Source: Longimicrobiales bacterium (lineage in GTDB: Bacteria; Gemmatimonadota; Gemmatimonadetes; Longimicrobiales; Gaopeijiaceae). From it: a stretch of 64,000 bases of DNA. The stretch's first letter is position 1. The number at the start of each line of letters is the position of its first letter. The stretch spans positions 64,001-128,000 of the forward strand of contig JAWLHJ010000005.1 in the NCBI GenBank assembly GCA_041690395.1, written 5' to 3'. This document shows, piece after piece, positions 19,981-27,695 of the stretch. The position numbers and the translations under genes are program-made. The notes under the pieces were generated by a model. The model was not told the DNA's origin, made no database searches, and worked only from the letters and a program-made list of their open reading frames with translations.

Positions 19981-21421
19981 CGGATGCCTCGGTCGCGAGT
20001 GGGAAGCGGACGGTGAAGCGCGCGCCGCCCAGGGGAGAGCGGTCCACTTCGATGCCGCCGCCGTGCTTCTCGACGATCCCGTGGACGACCGCGAGGCCGA
20101 GCCCGGAGCCTTCGCCGGATGGCTTGGTCGTGTAGAACGGCTCGAAGACCCGCGAGCGAACCTCGTCGGGGATGCCCGGACCGTCGTCCTCCACGATAAG
20201 CTCCGCGTGCTCGGCCGTGACTCGTTGAGAGATGCGCACCCGCCCGCCCGGACTGGCCTGACAGCCGTTGCGCACCAGGTTGGTGATCGCTTCCTCGACG
20301 CGGCGAGCTTCGAGAGGGAGGGTGCCTGCGTTCCGTCCCCGATCGAACTCCACGACGGTCCCGGTCCGGGTCGCCACTTCACTGGCGGCGGCGACCGCCC
20401 CGTCCACCAGGTCGGCCAGCGAGGCATCTCGCCTCCGTCCGGGCTCGGACCGACCGAAGTCCATGAGCTGGCGGATGATGGCCTCCATACGACGCACCTG
20501 CGCCCGGATGGTCGCGAGTGCTCCGTGCGTGTGCTCTCCCTCGTCGTAGTCGCGGAGTAGCCGCTGCGCCTGACCGTCGACCACACTCAGCGGCGAGCCG
20601 AGCTCGTGAGCGACGCCGGACGCCAGCTCTCCGACCGCGGCGAGCTTCTCGGCGCCCGCGAGTCGGGCCTGCAGGGCGTGCTCCGTGCGACGGCGCTCGT
20701 CGAGCTCGTCCGCGGCCTCCTCCAGCCGATCCAACATGGCGTTGAAGCTGCGCGCGAGCGCGGCGAGCTCGGACGGGCCCGACGGATCGGCCCGGTGGCC
20801 GGTCTGGCCCGATCCGACGCGGGTCATGCTCTCGTTCAGCCGGCTCAGCGGACCTCCGACTGCCGCACGGTGCCCCCGCAGCACGAGAAGGGAGACCACG
20901 GCCATCCCGAACAGGAGAAGTGCCCCCGCGCGGAGCCGAAGCCCCGTGATGTACTCCTCGAAGTCGCTCTGCCTCCGTGTAACCTGGAGGAGGCCGAGGC
21001 CTTGTCCCCACTGGTCCGTGAGTGGGACGAACGAGGAGTAGACGCGGCGTCCCGCCAGCGAGCCGAACTCGCCGGTTCGGTCTCCGACGGCGACCAATTC
21101 GTCGATGCCTTCGGGGGGACCGTCGGGATCGGCTCCTCCGAACGAGGAGACGATCTCGCCGTCCGGTCCGTACACGTAGGCCCCATAGACCCGCCCGATA
21201 CTCAGCGCCGATCGGAGCGCCTCCGACACGGTGCCGGGGCGGTCACGCTCCATGGCGTGGACCAGGGGGAGTCGGAGCGCCCTGGCGACGAGCTCCACGT
21301 CGTCCTTGAGGCGCCGCTCGGCCTCGGTCTCGATCGTGTGGAGCAGCCAGAAGATCGAGCCGCCGAGCGCGAGGAACAGCGGTATCAGGACCCTCAACAC
21401 CAAAGCGGTGCGTAAGCTCAT
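19970..21421 (-). CDS. Membrane sensor histidine kinase with HAMP domain
   Basis: Two TMs; HAMP (ELAALARSFNAM); H-box GVAHELGSPL; N-box NLVRNG; DDGPG; FEPFYTTK; GSGLGL. Confidence 0.92.
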   Translation of the reverse strand: MSLRTALVLRVLIPLFLALGGSIFWLLHTIETEAERRLKDDVELVARALRLPLVHAMERDRPGTVSEALRSALSIGRVYGAYVYGPDGEIVSSFGGADPDGPPEGIDELVAVGDRTGEFGSLAGRRVYSSFVPLTDQWGQGLGLLQVTRRQSDFEEYITGLRLRAGALLLFGMAVVSLLVLRGHRAAVGGPLSRLNESMTRVGSGQTGHRADPSGPSELAALARSFNAMLDRLEEAADELDERRRTEHALQARLAGAEKLAAVGELASGVAHELGSPLSVVDGQAQRLLRDYDEGEHTHGALATIRAQVRRMEAIIRQLMDFGRSEPGRRRDASLADLVDGAVAAASEVATRTGTVVEFDRGRNAGTLPLEARRVEEAITNLVRNGCQASPGGRVRISQRVTAEHAELIVEDDGPGIPDEVRSRVFEPFYTTKPSGEGSGLGLAVVHGIVEKHGGGIEVDRSPLGGARFTVRFPLATEASDEA

Positions 21422-21454
21422 CGCGATCCCTTCGTTTTGGTCAATCCTCGCTCC

Positions 21455-21484
21455 TCATTATGGCGCATGTGTCATTGTGGCACA
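21455..21484. promoter_or_regulatory. Putative enhancer (UAS) for the adjacent sigma54 activator
   Basis: Tandem TCATTATGGCGCA (21455-21467) and TCATTGTGGCACA (21472-21484). The second lies in the imperfect palindrome TGTGTCA-TTG-TGGCACA, about 110-140 bp upstream of a -24/-12 site. Confidence 0.5.
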
Positions 21485-21595
21485 ACATGGGGGTCCATTT
21501 CGAGTCGTCGATGGGGACTCGGCCACGGGCCACCACCCCTGAACCCCCCGGCATGACTGGGCTACCGGCGATCCGGAGGACGAACGAGCAGCCGC

Positions 21596-21612
21596 CGGAA
21601 CGGCCGTTGCAT
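21596..21612 (+). promoter_or_regulatory. Sigma54 -24/-12 promoter for the DUF4168-like gene
   Basis: CGGAACGGCCGTTGCAT: GG-N10-GC with TTGCA, 44 bp before the ATG. Confidence 0.7.
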
Positions 21613-21655
21613 GGAAGTGGGGCACGACCACGTCCGATCATCCAACGGAGACGAC

Positions 21656-22012
21656 ATGAACACCCTGACACAGCGTTTCGCGGGCATGACCCTCGCCCTC
21701 TTGATGGCTCTTGTTCCCGCCCAGATCACGGCCCAGGAGGCTCCCGACCGCGCCGAGCTCGAGACCTTCGCCGAGGCCTACGTCGAGATCGGGGAAGTTC
21801 GGGCCGAGATGAGCCCGGCGCTCGCCGCCGCGGAGACCGCCGAGGAGGCCAACGCCCTTCAGGAGCAGGCCAACGACCGCATGATGTCGATCCTCGAGGA
21901 GAACGACATGACCGTGGATCGGTACAGCGCGATCACGAACATCCTCAACTCCGATGAGGAGCTGCGTGCCGAGTTCGAAGAGATCTACGCCGAGCTGACC
22001 GGCACCATGTGA
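21656..22012 (+). CDS. Small secreted acidic helical protein (DUF4168-like)
   Basis: GGAG RBS; signal peptide (ITA-QE); ELETFAEAYVEI...ILEENDMTVDRYSAI..LNSDEELR. Confidence 0.75.
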   Translation: MNTLTQRFAGMTLALLMALVPAQITAQEAPDRAELETFAEAYVEIGEVRAEMSPALAAAETAEEANALQEQANDRMMSILEENDMTVDRYSAITNILNSDEELRAEFEEIYAELTGTM

Positions 22013-22034
22013 CGCATGGCATCGGCAGGAAGGA

Positions 22035-22077
22035 CGAAGGCCCGGTCGGCGAAACCGCCGACCGGGCCTTCGCGTTT
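22035..22077 (+). terminator. Rho-independent terminator
   Basis: Perfect 17-bp stem cgaaggcccggtcggcg/cgccgaccgggccttcg, loop aaac, short T run. Confidence 0.8.
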
Positions 22078-22087
22078 CCACGCATGC

Positions 22088-22116
22088 TTGACAGCGTGCG
22101 AGCCCGACCTTTAATT
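22088..22116 (+). promoter_or_regulatory. Sigma70-type promoter of the FecA-like receptor
   Basis: TTGACA (22088-22093), then 16-17 bp, then TTTAAT/TTAATT. Confidence 0.6.
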
Positions 22117-22129
22117 GCCCGGACGGGAT

Positions 22130-22144
22130 TGAAAATCATTCTCA
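22130..22144. promoter_or_regulatory. Fur box
   Basis: TGAAAAT-C-ATTCTCA matches 12/14 of the 7-1-7 consensus TGATAAT-N-ATTATCA; AT-rich patch between the promoter and the start of an iron receptor gene. Confidence 0.75.
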
Positions 22145-22169
22145 TCCATACAATTCAGGTCGAGCATCC

Positions 22170-24638
22170 ATGCAAGCGTCCAAGCGATTCAGGCACCTCC
22201 TGGCCACAGTCGCGGTCATCCTCGGCGTCGGCGTGTCTCCCGCGCTCGCGCAGGATTACGGAGTCATCAGTGGAACGGTACGGAGCGTCGAAGGCGGAGC
22301 GCCGCTCGCAGGCGTCAGCGTGGAGCTGGCCGAAGCGGGACGTACCGCGCTCTCCGACGAGACCGGTCGCTTTCTCTTCAACCGGGTTCCGGCGGGCACG
22401 TATTCATTGCGCTTCCACGTGATCGGCAGGTCCGTGCTCGAGCGGACCGTCGACGTGCGGGGCAACGCGGTCGCTCGCCCCGAGATCGCGCTGGATGCCG
22501 CGCCCGTGGACATCGACCCACTCCTGGTCCTGCTGGGGCGCACGCGTCTCTCCGAGGGGATCGACCGGAGCCGGGTGCCCGGCTCGGTCCACGTCATCGG
22601 GCCGCGCTCGCTCCAGGAGCGTCCGGTCGTCTACGACGACGTGCACGCGCTCCTGCGTGAGGTCCCGGGTGTGAACGTACAGGAGGAGGAAGGCTACGGA
22701 CTTCGGCCGAACATCGGGTTCCGGGGGACCGGGGTCGAGCGGAGCTCGAAGATCACGCTCATGGAGGACGGCGTGCTCATCGCGCCGGCCCCGTATGCCG
22801 CGCCGGCCGCCTACTACTTCCCGCTCGCCGGGCGCATGAGCGCGATCGAGGTGCGGAAGGGTTCCAGCCAGATCCGGTACGGCCCGTCCACGATCGGCGG
22901 CGCGCTCAACATGGTGTCCACGCCGATCCCGAACCGCTTTTCCGTCCTGGTCGACGGCTCGGGCGGTAGCAACGACACCCGGAAGGTCCGCGCCCGCGTC
23001 GGTGACGCAGCCGAGAACTACGGCTGGATGTTCGAGACCTATCAGTCGCGCTCGGACGGCTTCAAGGAGCTGGACTTCGGGGGCAACACCGGCTTCGACC
23101 TCCAGGACTACGTGGGGAAGATCCGGCTCAACACGTCGCTCGACGCGCGCACGTACCAGGAAGTCGAGCTCAAGCTCGGATACTACGATCAGCGCTCCGA
23201 CGAGACGTACCTCGGCCTGACGGAGGACGACTTCGCGTCGACGCCGTTCCGCCGGTACGCCGGGTCGCAGCAGGACGTCATGAACGCCGACCACCAGCAG
23301 ATCCAGCTGCGGCACTTCGTTCAGTTCCCCGCCGGTGTCGACGTGACCACCACGCTGTACCAGAACGACTTCGCGCGGAACTGGTACAAGCTCGGATCCG
23401 TCGACGGCGCCTCCATCGGCGGTGTGCTGGCCGACCCGGACGCGTACCCGACCGAGCTGGGCTACCTGCGCGGGACCGAGGACGGCGTGGGCGTGCTGTC
23501 GGTCCGTGCGAACAACCGCGAGTACACGTCGCGGGGTGTGCAGTCGCAGATGGGTGTCACGTTCGGTGACGACGTGCGTCATGATCTCGAGCTCGGCGTC
23601 CGGTATCACGAGGACGACGAGGACCGGTTCCAGCAGGACGACCAGTACTCGATCTTCAATGGGCGGATGTCCCTCGAGACGGCGGGCGCGCCCGGAAGCC
23701 AGGCGAACCGGGTGAGCTCGGCGTCGGCGTGGGCGTTCCACCTCATGGACCGGATCGAGATGGGCCCACTGACGCTGGCTCCCGGCGTGCGTTACGAGAC
23801 CATCGATTTCGAGCGCCTCGACTACGCGGCCGGCGACTCCCAGCGGACCGCACCCACCGGGGAGCGGACGAACTCCATGTCGGCCTGGATTCCCGGCGTC
23901 GGAGCGCTCTACGACGTGACGTCGGAGCTGCAGGTGTACGGCGGCGTGCATCGGGGCTTCGGGCCGGCCGGCCCGGGCGCGGATGAGGCCACCGAGCCGG
24001 AGTCCAGCGTGAACTACGAGCTCGGCATCCGGTCGCTCCGGCCGGGAAGCTCGTTCGAGGTCACCGGCTTCTTCAGCGACTACGAGAACATTCTCGGTAC
24101 GGCGACGCTGGCTGTCGGTGGCGGTGGAGACAACGAGGTGTTCAACGGGGGTGCGGTCCGCACGCTCGGCCTCGAGCTCGCCGCCGCCCGCGACGTCGAG
24201 GTGGGCGCCGACGGAGCCTGGCGCCTGCCGCTCCGTGCGACGTATACGCTGACGCAGGCCACCTTCCAGTCCGGGTTCGAGAGCGACTTCGGTCCCTGGG
24301 GCACGGTGGAGGTGGGGGATCACCTTCCCTACCTGCCGACGCATCAGTTCTTCACGTCGGCCGGCCTCGAGGGCGGTCCGTGGAGCGCGCGCCTCACCGC
24401 TTCCGGGACGTCGGCCATGCGGACGAGCGCGGGCCAGGGTGACATGGACGATGCGCTGAGCACCGACGCCTACGTGGTCCTGGGCGCAGGGGTCGAGTAC
24501 GAGGTGAGCAACGGCGCCACCGTGCACGCGGCGGTGGAGAACATCGGGGACGCCCGCTATGTGGTGGCCCGCCGTCCGGCGGGGCTGCGCCCCGGCCTCC
24601 CGCGGACCCTCTCGCTGGGGATTCGCGTGATGCGCTGA
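22170..24638 (+). CDS. TonB-dependent iron receptor, FecA (Fe-dicitrate receptor)-like
   Basis: Signal peptide; plug VPGVNVQEEEGYGLRPNIGFRG..RSSKITLMEDGV..APAPYAAPAAYYFP; C-terminal ARRPAGLRPGLPRT. Confidence 0.9.
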   Translation: MQASKRFRHLLATVAVILGVGVSPALAQDYGVISGTVRSVEGGAPLAGVSVELAEAGRTALSDETGRFLFNRVPAGTYSLRFHVIGRSVLERTVDVRGNAVARPEIALDAAPVDIDPLLVLLGRTRLSEGIDRSRVPGSVHVIGPRSLQERPVVYDDVHALLREVPGVNVQEEEGYGLRPNIGFRGTGVERSSKITLMEDGVLIAPAPYAAPAAYYFPLAGRMSAIEVRKGSSQIRYGPSTIGGALNMVSTPIPNRFSVLVDGSGGSNDTRKVRARVGDAAENYGWMFETYQSRSDGFKELDFGGNTGFDLQDYVGKIRLNTSLDARTYQEVELKLGYYDQRSDETYLGLTEDDFASTPFRRYAGSQQDVMNADHQQIQLRHFVQFPAGVDVTTTLYQNDFARNWYKLGSVDGASIGGVLADPDAYPTELGYLRGTEDGVGVLSVRANNREYTSRGVQSQMGVTFGDDVRHDLELGVRYHEDDEDRFQQDDQYSIFNGRMSLETAGAPGSQANRVSSASAWAFHLMDRIEMGPLTLAPGVRYETIDFERLDYAAGDSQRTAPTGERTNSMSAWIPGVGALYDVTSELQVYGGVHRGFGPAGPGADEATEPESSVNYELGIRSLRPGSSFEVTGFFSDYENILGTATLAVGGGGDNEVFNGGAVRTLGLELAAARDVEVGADGAWRLPLRATYTLTQATFQSGFESDFGPWGTVEVGDHLPYLPTHQFFTSAGLEGGPWSARLTASGTSAMRTSAGQGDMDDALSTDAYVVLGAGVEYEVSNGATVHAAVENIGDARYVVARRPAGLRPGLPRTLSLGIRVMR

Positions 24639-24660
24639 GGCCGGGCGCTCTGTCGCTCTG

Positions 24661-24709
24661 GAGCCCCCGGGGGCGGGCCGCGGTTCGGCGGTCACGCTTC
24701 CGGGGGCTC
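24661..24709 (+). terminator. GC-rich hairpin after the receptor gene (possible terminator)
   Basis: Outer arms gagcccccgg/ccgggggctc with an imperfect inner stem; weak U tail. Confidence 0.45.
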
Positions 24710-24842
24710 GCGCGTTTCCGTGGGGCGTGTTCCGGGTGCCGCACTGCGTGCCGAGGGCCGTGGCGCTCGACCCGGACACGCGCGCGAACCCGTCCGTTCC
24801 CCGCGGGTAGCACCGCCGTCACCGACCTCCACCCGGAATCCC

Positions 24843-25316
24843 ATGCCGCGCTCACTCCGTCCCATGCTCGTGCTGGTCGCCCTCGGGCTGTCCGTCGGGT
24901 GCTATCACTACGTCCCCCTGGCCGAGCCCGCCCCGGCCATGACGGAGGGGACGCCCGTGCGCGTCCATCTCGGCACGCCCAGGAGCTTCGACGTGGCCGG
25001 CTTCACCGCGCACGATGTGCACCGGGTCGACGGTTCGGTGATCAGTCGCGACCGGGGGGAGTGGGTCGTCGCCGCGCAGGCGCTCCACGCCGCCGGCGGC
25101 AACCGGTTCGACGCGGCGGCCTACGCGCTGACGATTCCCGCCAGCGCGGTATCCAGCGCCGAGGTACGGACCGTCTCGTGGTGGCGCACCGCGGTGTCCG
25201 CGGTCGCCGCGGGCGTCGGCATCTTCCTGGCCTCCGAGGCGATGCAGGGGACCAGCTCGAGCGGTGACGGCGGCGGTGGCGGTGATCCTCCTCGGTCGGT
25301 CGTGCCGGGGGGTTGA
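24843..25316 (+). CDS. Hypothetical lipoprotein
   Basis: MPRSLRPMLVLVALGLSVG-C lipobox, then YHYVP; C-terminal hydrophobic segment after SWWRT and a Gly-rich tail. Confidence 0.7.
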   Translation: MPRSLRPMLVLVALGLSVGCYHYVPLAEPAPAMTEGTPVRVHLGTPRSFDVAGFTAHDVHRVDGSVISRDRGEWVVAAQALHAAGGNRFDAAAYALTIPASAVSSAEVRTVSWWRTAVSAVAAGVGIFLASEAMQGTSSSGDGGGGGDPPRSVVPGG

Positions 25317-25366
25317 GCACCCGCGGCTGGACGGTCGACGGAGGAGGCCGCGCTCAGGTGCGACTT

Positions 25367-26464
25367 CTACCGCGCGCAGGCTACCGCGAGGGGTAGGGTA
25401 ACCTCGAACTCCGTGCCCTCGGGTGTCGTCGATGACACTCGAATCGAGCCTCCGAAGCGCTCCACGATGTCTCTTGTAGTGGCCAGCCCGAGGCCAGTCC
25501 CGTCGCTCTTGGTCGTGAAGAACGAGTCGAAGATCCGGTTGAGCACGGCGTCCTCGATCCCGACACCGGTATCCCGGACCCGGAGTACGACGGCGGTCGG
25601 GTCACTGGTCGATCCGTCGGAGCACGGGACAGTGGCGCTGTCAGCTCCCAGGACCTCCGTTATGAACGTAATCGTTCCGCCGTCGGGCATCGCATCCCTC
25701 GCGTTCACGGCCAGGTTCAGCACGACCTGACCGATTTCGTCGGGGTCGGCCAGCACGGGTCCGCCCGTCGCACCGAGCTCGAGACGCACGTCGATGGTGT
25801 CGCCGAGGACCCTCGAGAGCACGGCCTCCATGTTCGTCACGGTATGGTTCAGGTCGACCGGCGCCACGACTCGGGAGCCTCGACGGGCGAGGGAGAGGAG
25901 ACGATGCGCGAGCCCGGCGGCTCTCCGACCCGCTTCCAGGATCACCTCCGCTTCGGCCCGCCCCGAGTGGCCTTCGGGTAGCATCTCGCTCAGCGATCCT
26001 GCGCTCCCCGAGATGACCGTGAGGAGGTTGTTGAAGTCATGCGCGACACCGGTGGCCAACTGGCCGAGAGCCCCCATGCGTTGGGCGTGCAAGAGGTCCA
26101 TCTCGCGGCGACGCGTCTCGGTGAGGTCGCGGACCAGGGCAAGGACCACCGGGTCTTCGTCGTCCGAGAGAGGCGCCAGGCTGATCGCGAGTGGGACCGC
26201 GTGTCCGCTTTGGTGGAGTCCCATGATCTGCAGGCCTCTCTCCATCGCCCGCGGATGAGGATCGCGACCGTACTCGGCCCGGTACCTTCGGTGTTGCCGG
26301 CGCTGACCGTCGGGAAGGAGGGCCTCGATGTCTCGGCCGACCAACTCCCGAGGTTGGAAGCCCAGCACGTCCTCCATGCTACGGCTTGCGAACAGAATGG
26401 AGCCGTCGGGGGCGACGAGAAGTGCGGCATCCGGCAACATTTCGAGGAGGTCATGAAGCCCCAC
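25367..26464 (-). CDS. Soluble PAS-domain histidine kinase
   Basis: PAS (LPDAALLV..G.I..S; H..YR..Y..P.PR.M..G, a FixL/DosP-like pattern); H-box GVAHDFNNLL; NLAVNARDAM; DTGVG; FFTTK; GTGLGL. Confidence 0.9.
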   Translation of the reverse strand: MGLHDLLEMLPDAALLVAPDGSILFASRSMEDVLGFQPRELVGRDIEALLPDGQRRQHRRYRAEYGRDPHPRAMERGLQIMGLHQSGHAVPLAISLAPLSDDEDPVVLALVRDLTETRRREMDLLHAQRMGALGQLATGVAHDFNNLLTVISGSAGSLSEMLPEGHSGRAEAEVILEAGRRAAGLAHRLLSLARRGSRVVAPVDLNHTVTNMEAVLSRVLGDTIDVRLELGATGGPVLADPDEIGQVVLNLAVNARDAMPDGGTITFITEVLGADSATVPCSDGSTSDPTAVVLRVRDTGVGIEDAVLNRIFDSFFTTKSDGTGLGLATTRDIVERFGGSIRVSSTTPEGTEFEVTLPLAVACAR

Positions 26465-26537
26465 GATCTTTCCCCCAACCCAGCGAGTCGGCCTGCGACG
26501 ACGGGGCCAACTTTGCCGCCCACCGACACGTTGTCAA

Positions 26538-26558
26538 TGATACGCTCCGATCGTATCA
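26538..26558. promoter_or_regulatory. Palindromic operator candidate between the divergent PAS-HK and XRE-PAS genes
   Basis: TGATACG-ctccgat-CGTATCA, a perfect 7-N7-7 inverted repeat. Confidence 0.5.
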
Positions 26559-26585
26559 CATCGGCAACACTCCGGCGGTTCTCGA
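26558..26585 (-). promoter_or_regulatory. Sigma28 (FliA)-like promoter for the PAS-HK
   Basis: Minus strand reads TCGA-N16-GCCGATGT. Confidence 0.45.
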
Positions 26586-26684
26586 AGTTGCAGGACCGTA
26601 CGGTTCGGACCAAGATAGGCCTGTCGTCCGTCCGCTCGAGTTCGTCGGGCGGTCAACCCTCCTGCGACCCGAACACAAACCGCG

Positions 26685-27695
26685 ATGCCGAACCTTGGGG
26701 ACCGTCTTCGGGCGGTCCGAGAAGGTGTCCGCATGAGCCTTCGCGAATTCGCTTCGAGCCTGTCGGATAACGGCGGGCTGGGGGTGTCCCACGCGACCGT
26801 GGGAAAATACGAACAGGGAACGCGCGTGCCTGCGGACTACGCGGCCGTGGTTGCCGAGGTTTTCGATGTTCCTCTGGATTGGCTCCTGCTGGGCGAGGGG
26901 CCGACCAAGCCGGTCCGTGAGCCGGCGCTCAAGAGAGCCCTGGGCCAGATTGCCGAAGCGATCGAGGATCTTCAGGCCCTACCGTCAGCCGTCCGTTCGC
27001 AGATCGACGAGTTCTTCAACGACACGCCGGAACTGTTCGCTATTCTCTCGCCGGCGGGGCAGATCATGCGGGTCAATCCTCAGTGGCATCTCCTGCTCGG
27101 CTACCGGCAGGAAGAGCTCATCGGGAGGCCTCTGACGGATCTGGTCGACGCGAGTGACCAACCGTTCCTCGAAGAGGAGATCGCTCGCACCTTGGAGGGA
27201 GACCGAGCCCGGGTGTGCCTGATCCGAGTGCGGGCGCAGAAGGGCGGCGTCCGTTGGTTGTCGTGGATCGCGGGGTGGACGGGAAGCGTGATTGTCAGCG
27301 CGGCGCGGGACGTCACCGACGAGCATGAGGCACGAGCGAAGGAGCACCTGTTGCGGGTCGCCGTCGAGCAGTCCGCCGATTGCATGATGATCACGGATCG
27401 CCACGGGACGATCCAGTACGTGAATGGCGCGTTCGAGCGGATTACCGGCTTCGCAGTGGATGAGGCGACCGGCAAGACCCCCCGAATCCTGAAGTCGGGA
27501 CGCCACGAGCCGGGATTCTACCAACGGCTTTGGACCACGATCGAGAGCGGGAAGGTGTTCAGGGGAGTGATCGTGAACCGTCGCAAGAGCGGCGAGTTGT
27601 ACGAGGACGACCGGACCATAGCTCCGGTGAGAGGACCAAGAGGGGAGATTACCCACTTCGTGTCGACCGGGCGTGATCTGACGAGACCCCGGTAG
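26685..27695 (+). CDS. XRE-family HTH protein fused to two PAS domains
   Basis: LGDRLRAVRE..MSLREFA..VSHATVGKYEQGTRVP..VAEVFDVPLDWLLLG; PAS1 (VNPQWHLLLGY..ELIG); PAS2 (ITDRHGTIQYVNGAFERITGF..GKTPRILKSG..FY..LW..I..G..NRRKSG). Confidence 0.85.
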   Translation: MPNLGDRLRAVREGVRMSLREFASSLSDNGGLGVSHATVGKYEQGTRVPADYAAVVAEVFDVPLDWLLLGEGPTKPVREPALKRALGQIAEAIEDLQALPSAVRSQIDEFFNDTPELFAILSPAGQIMRVNPQWHLLLGYRQEELIGRPLTDLVDASDQPFLEEEIARTLEGDRARVCLIRVRAQKGGVRWLSWIAGWTGSVIVSAARDVTDEHEARAKEHLLRVAVEQSADCMMITDRHGTIQYVNGAFERITGFAVDEATGKTPRILKSGRHEPGFYQRLWTTIESGKVFRGVIVNRRKSGELYEDDRTIAPVRGPRGEITHFVSTGRDLTRPR

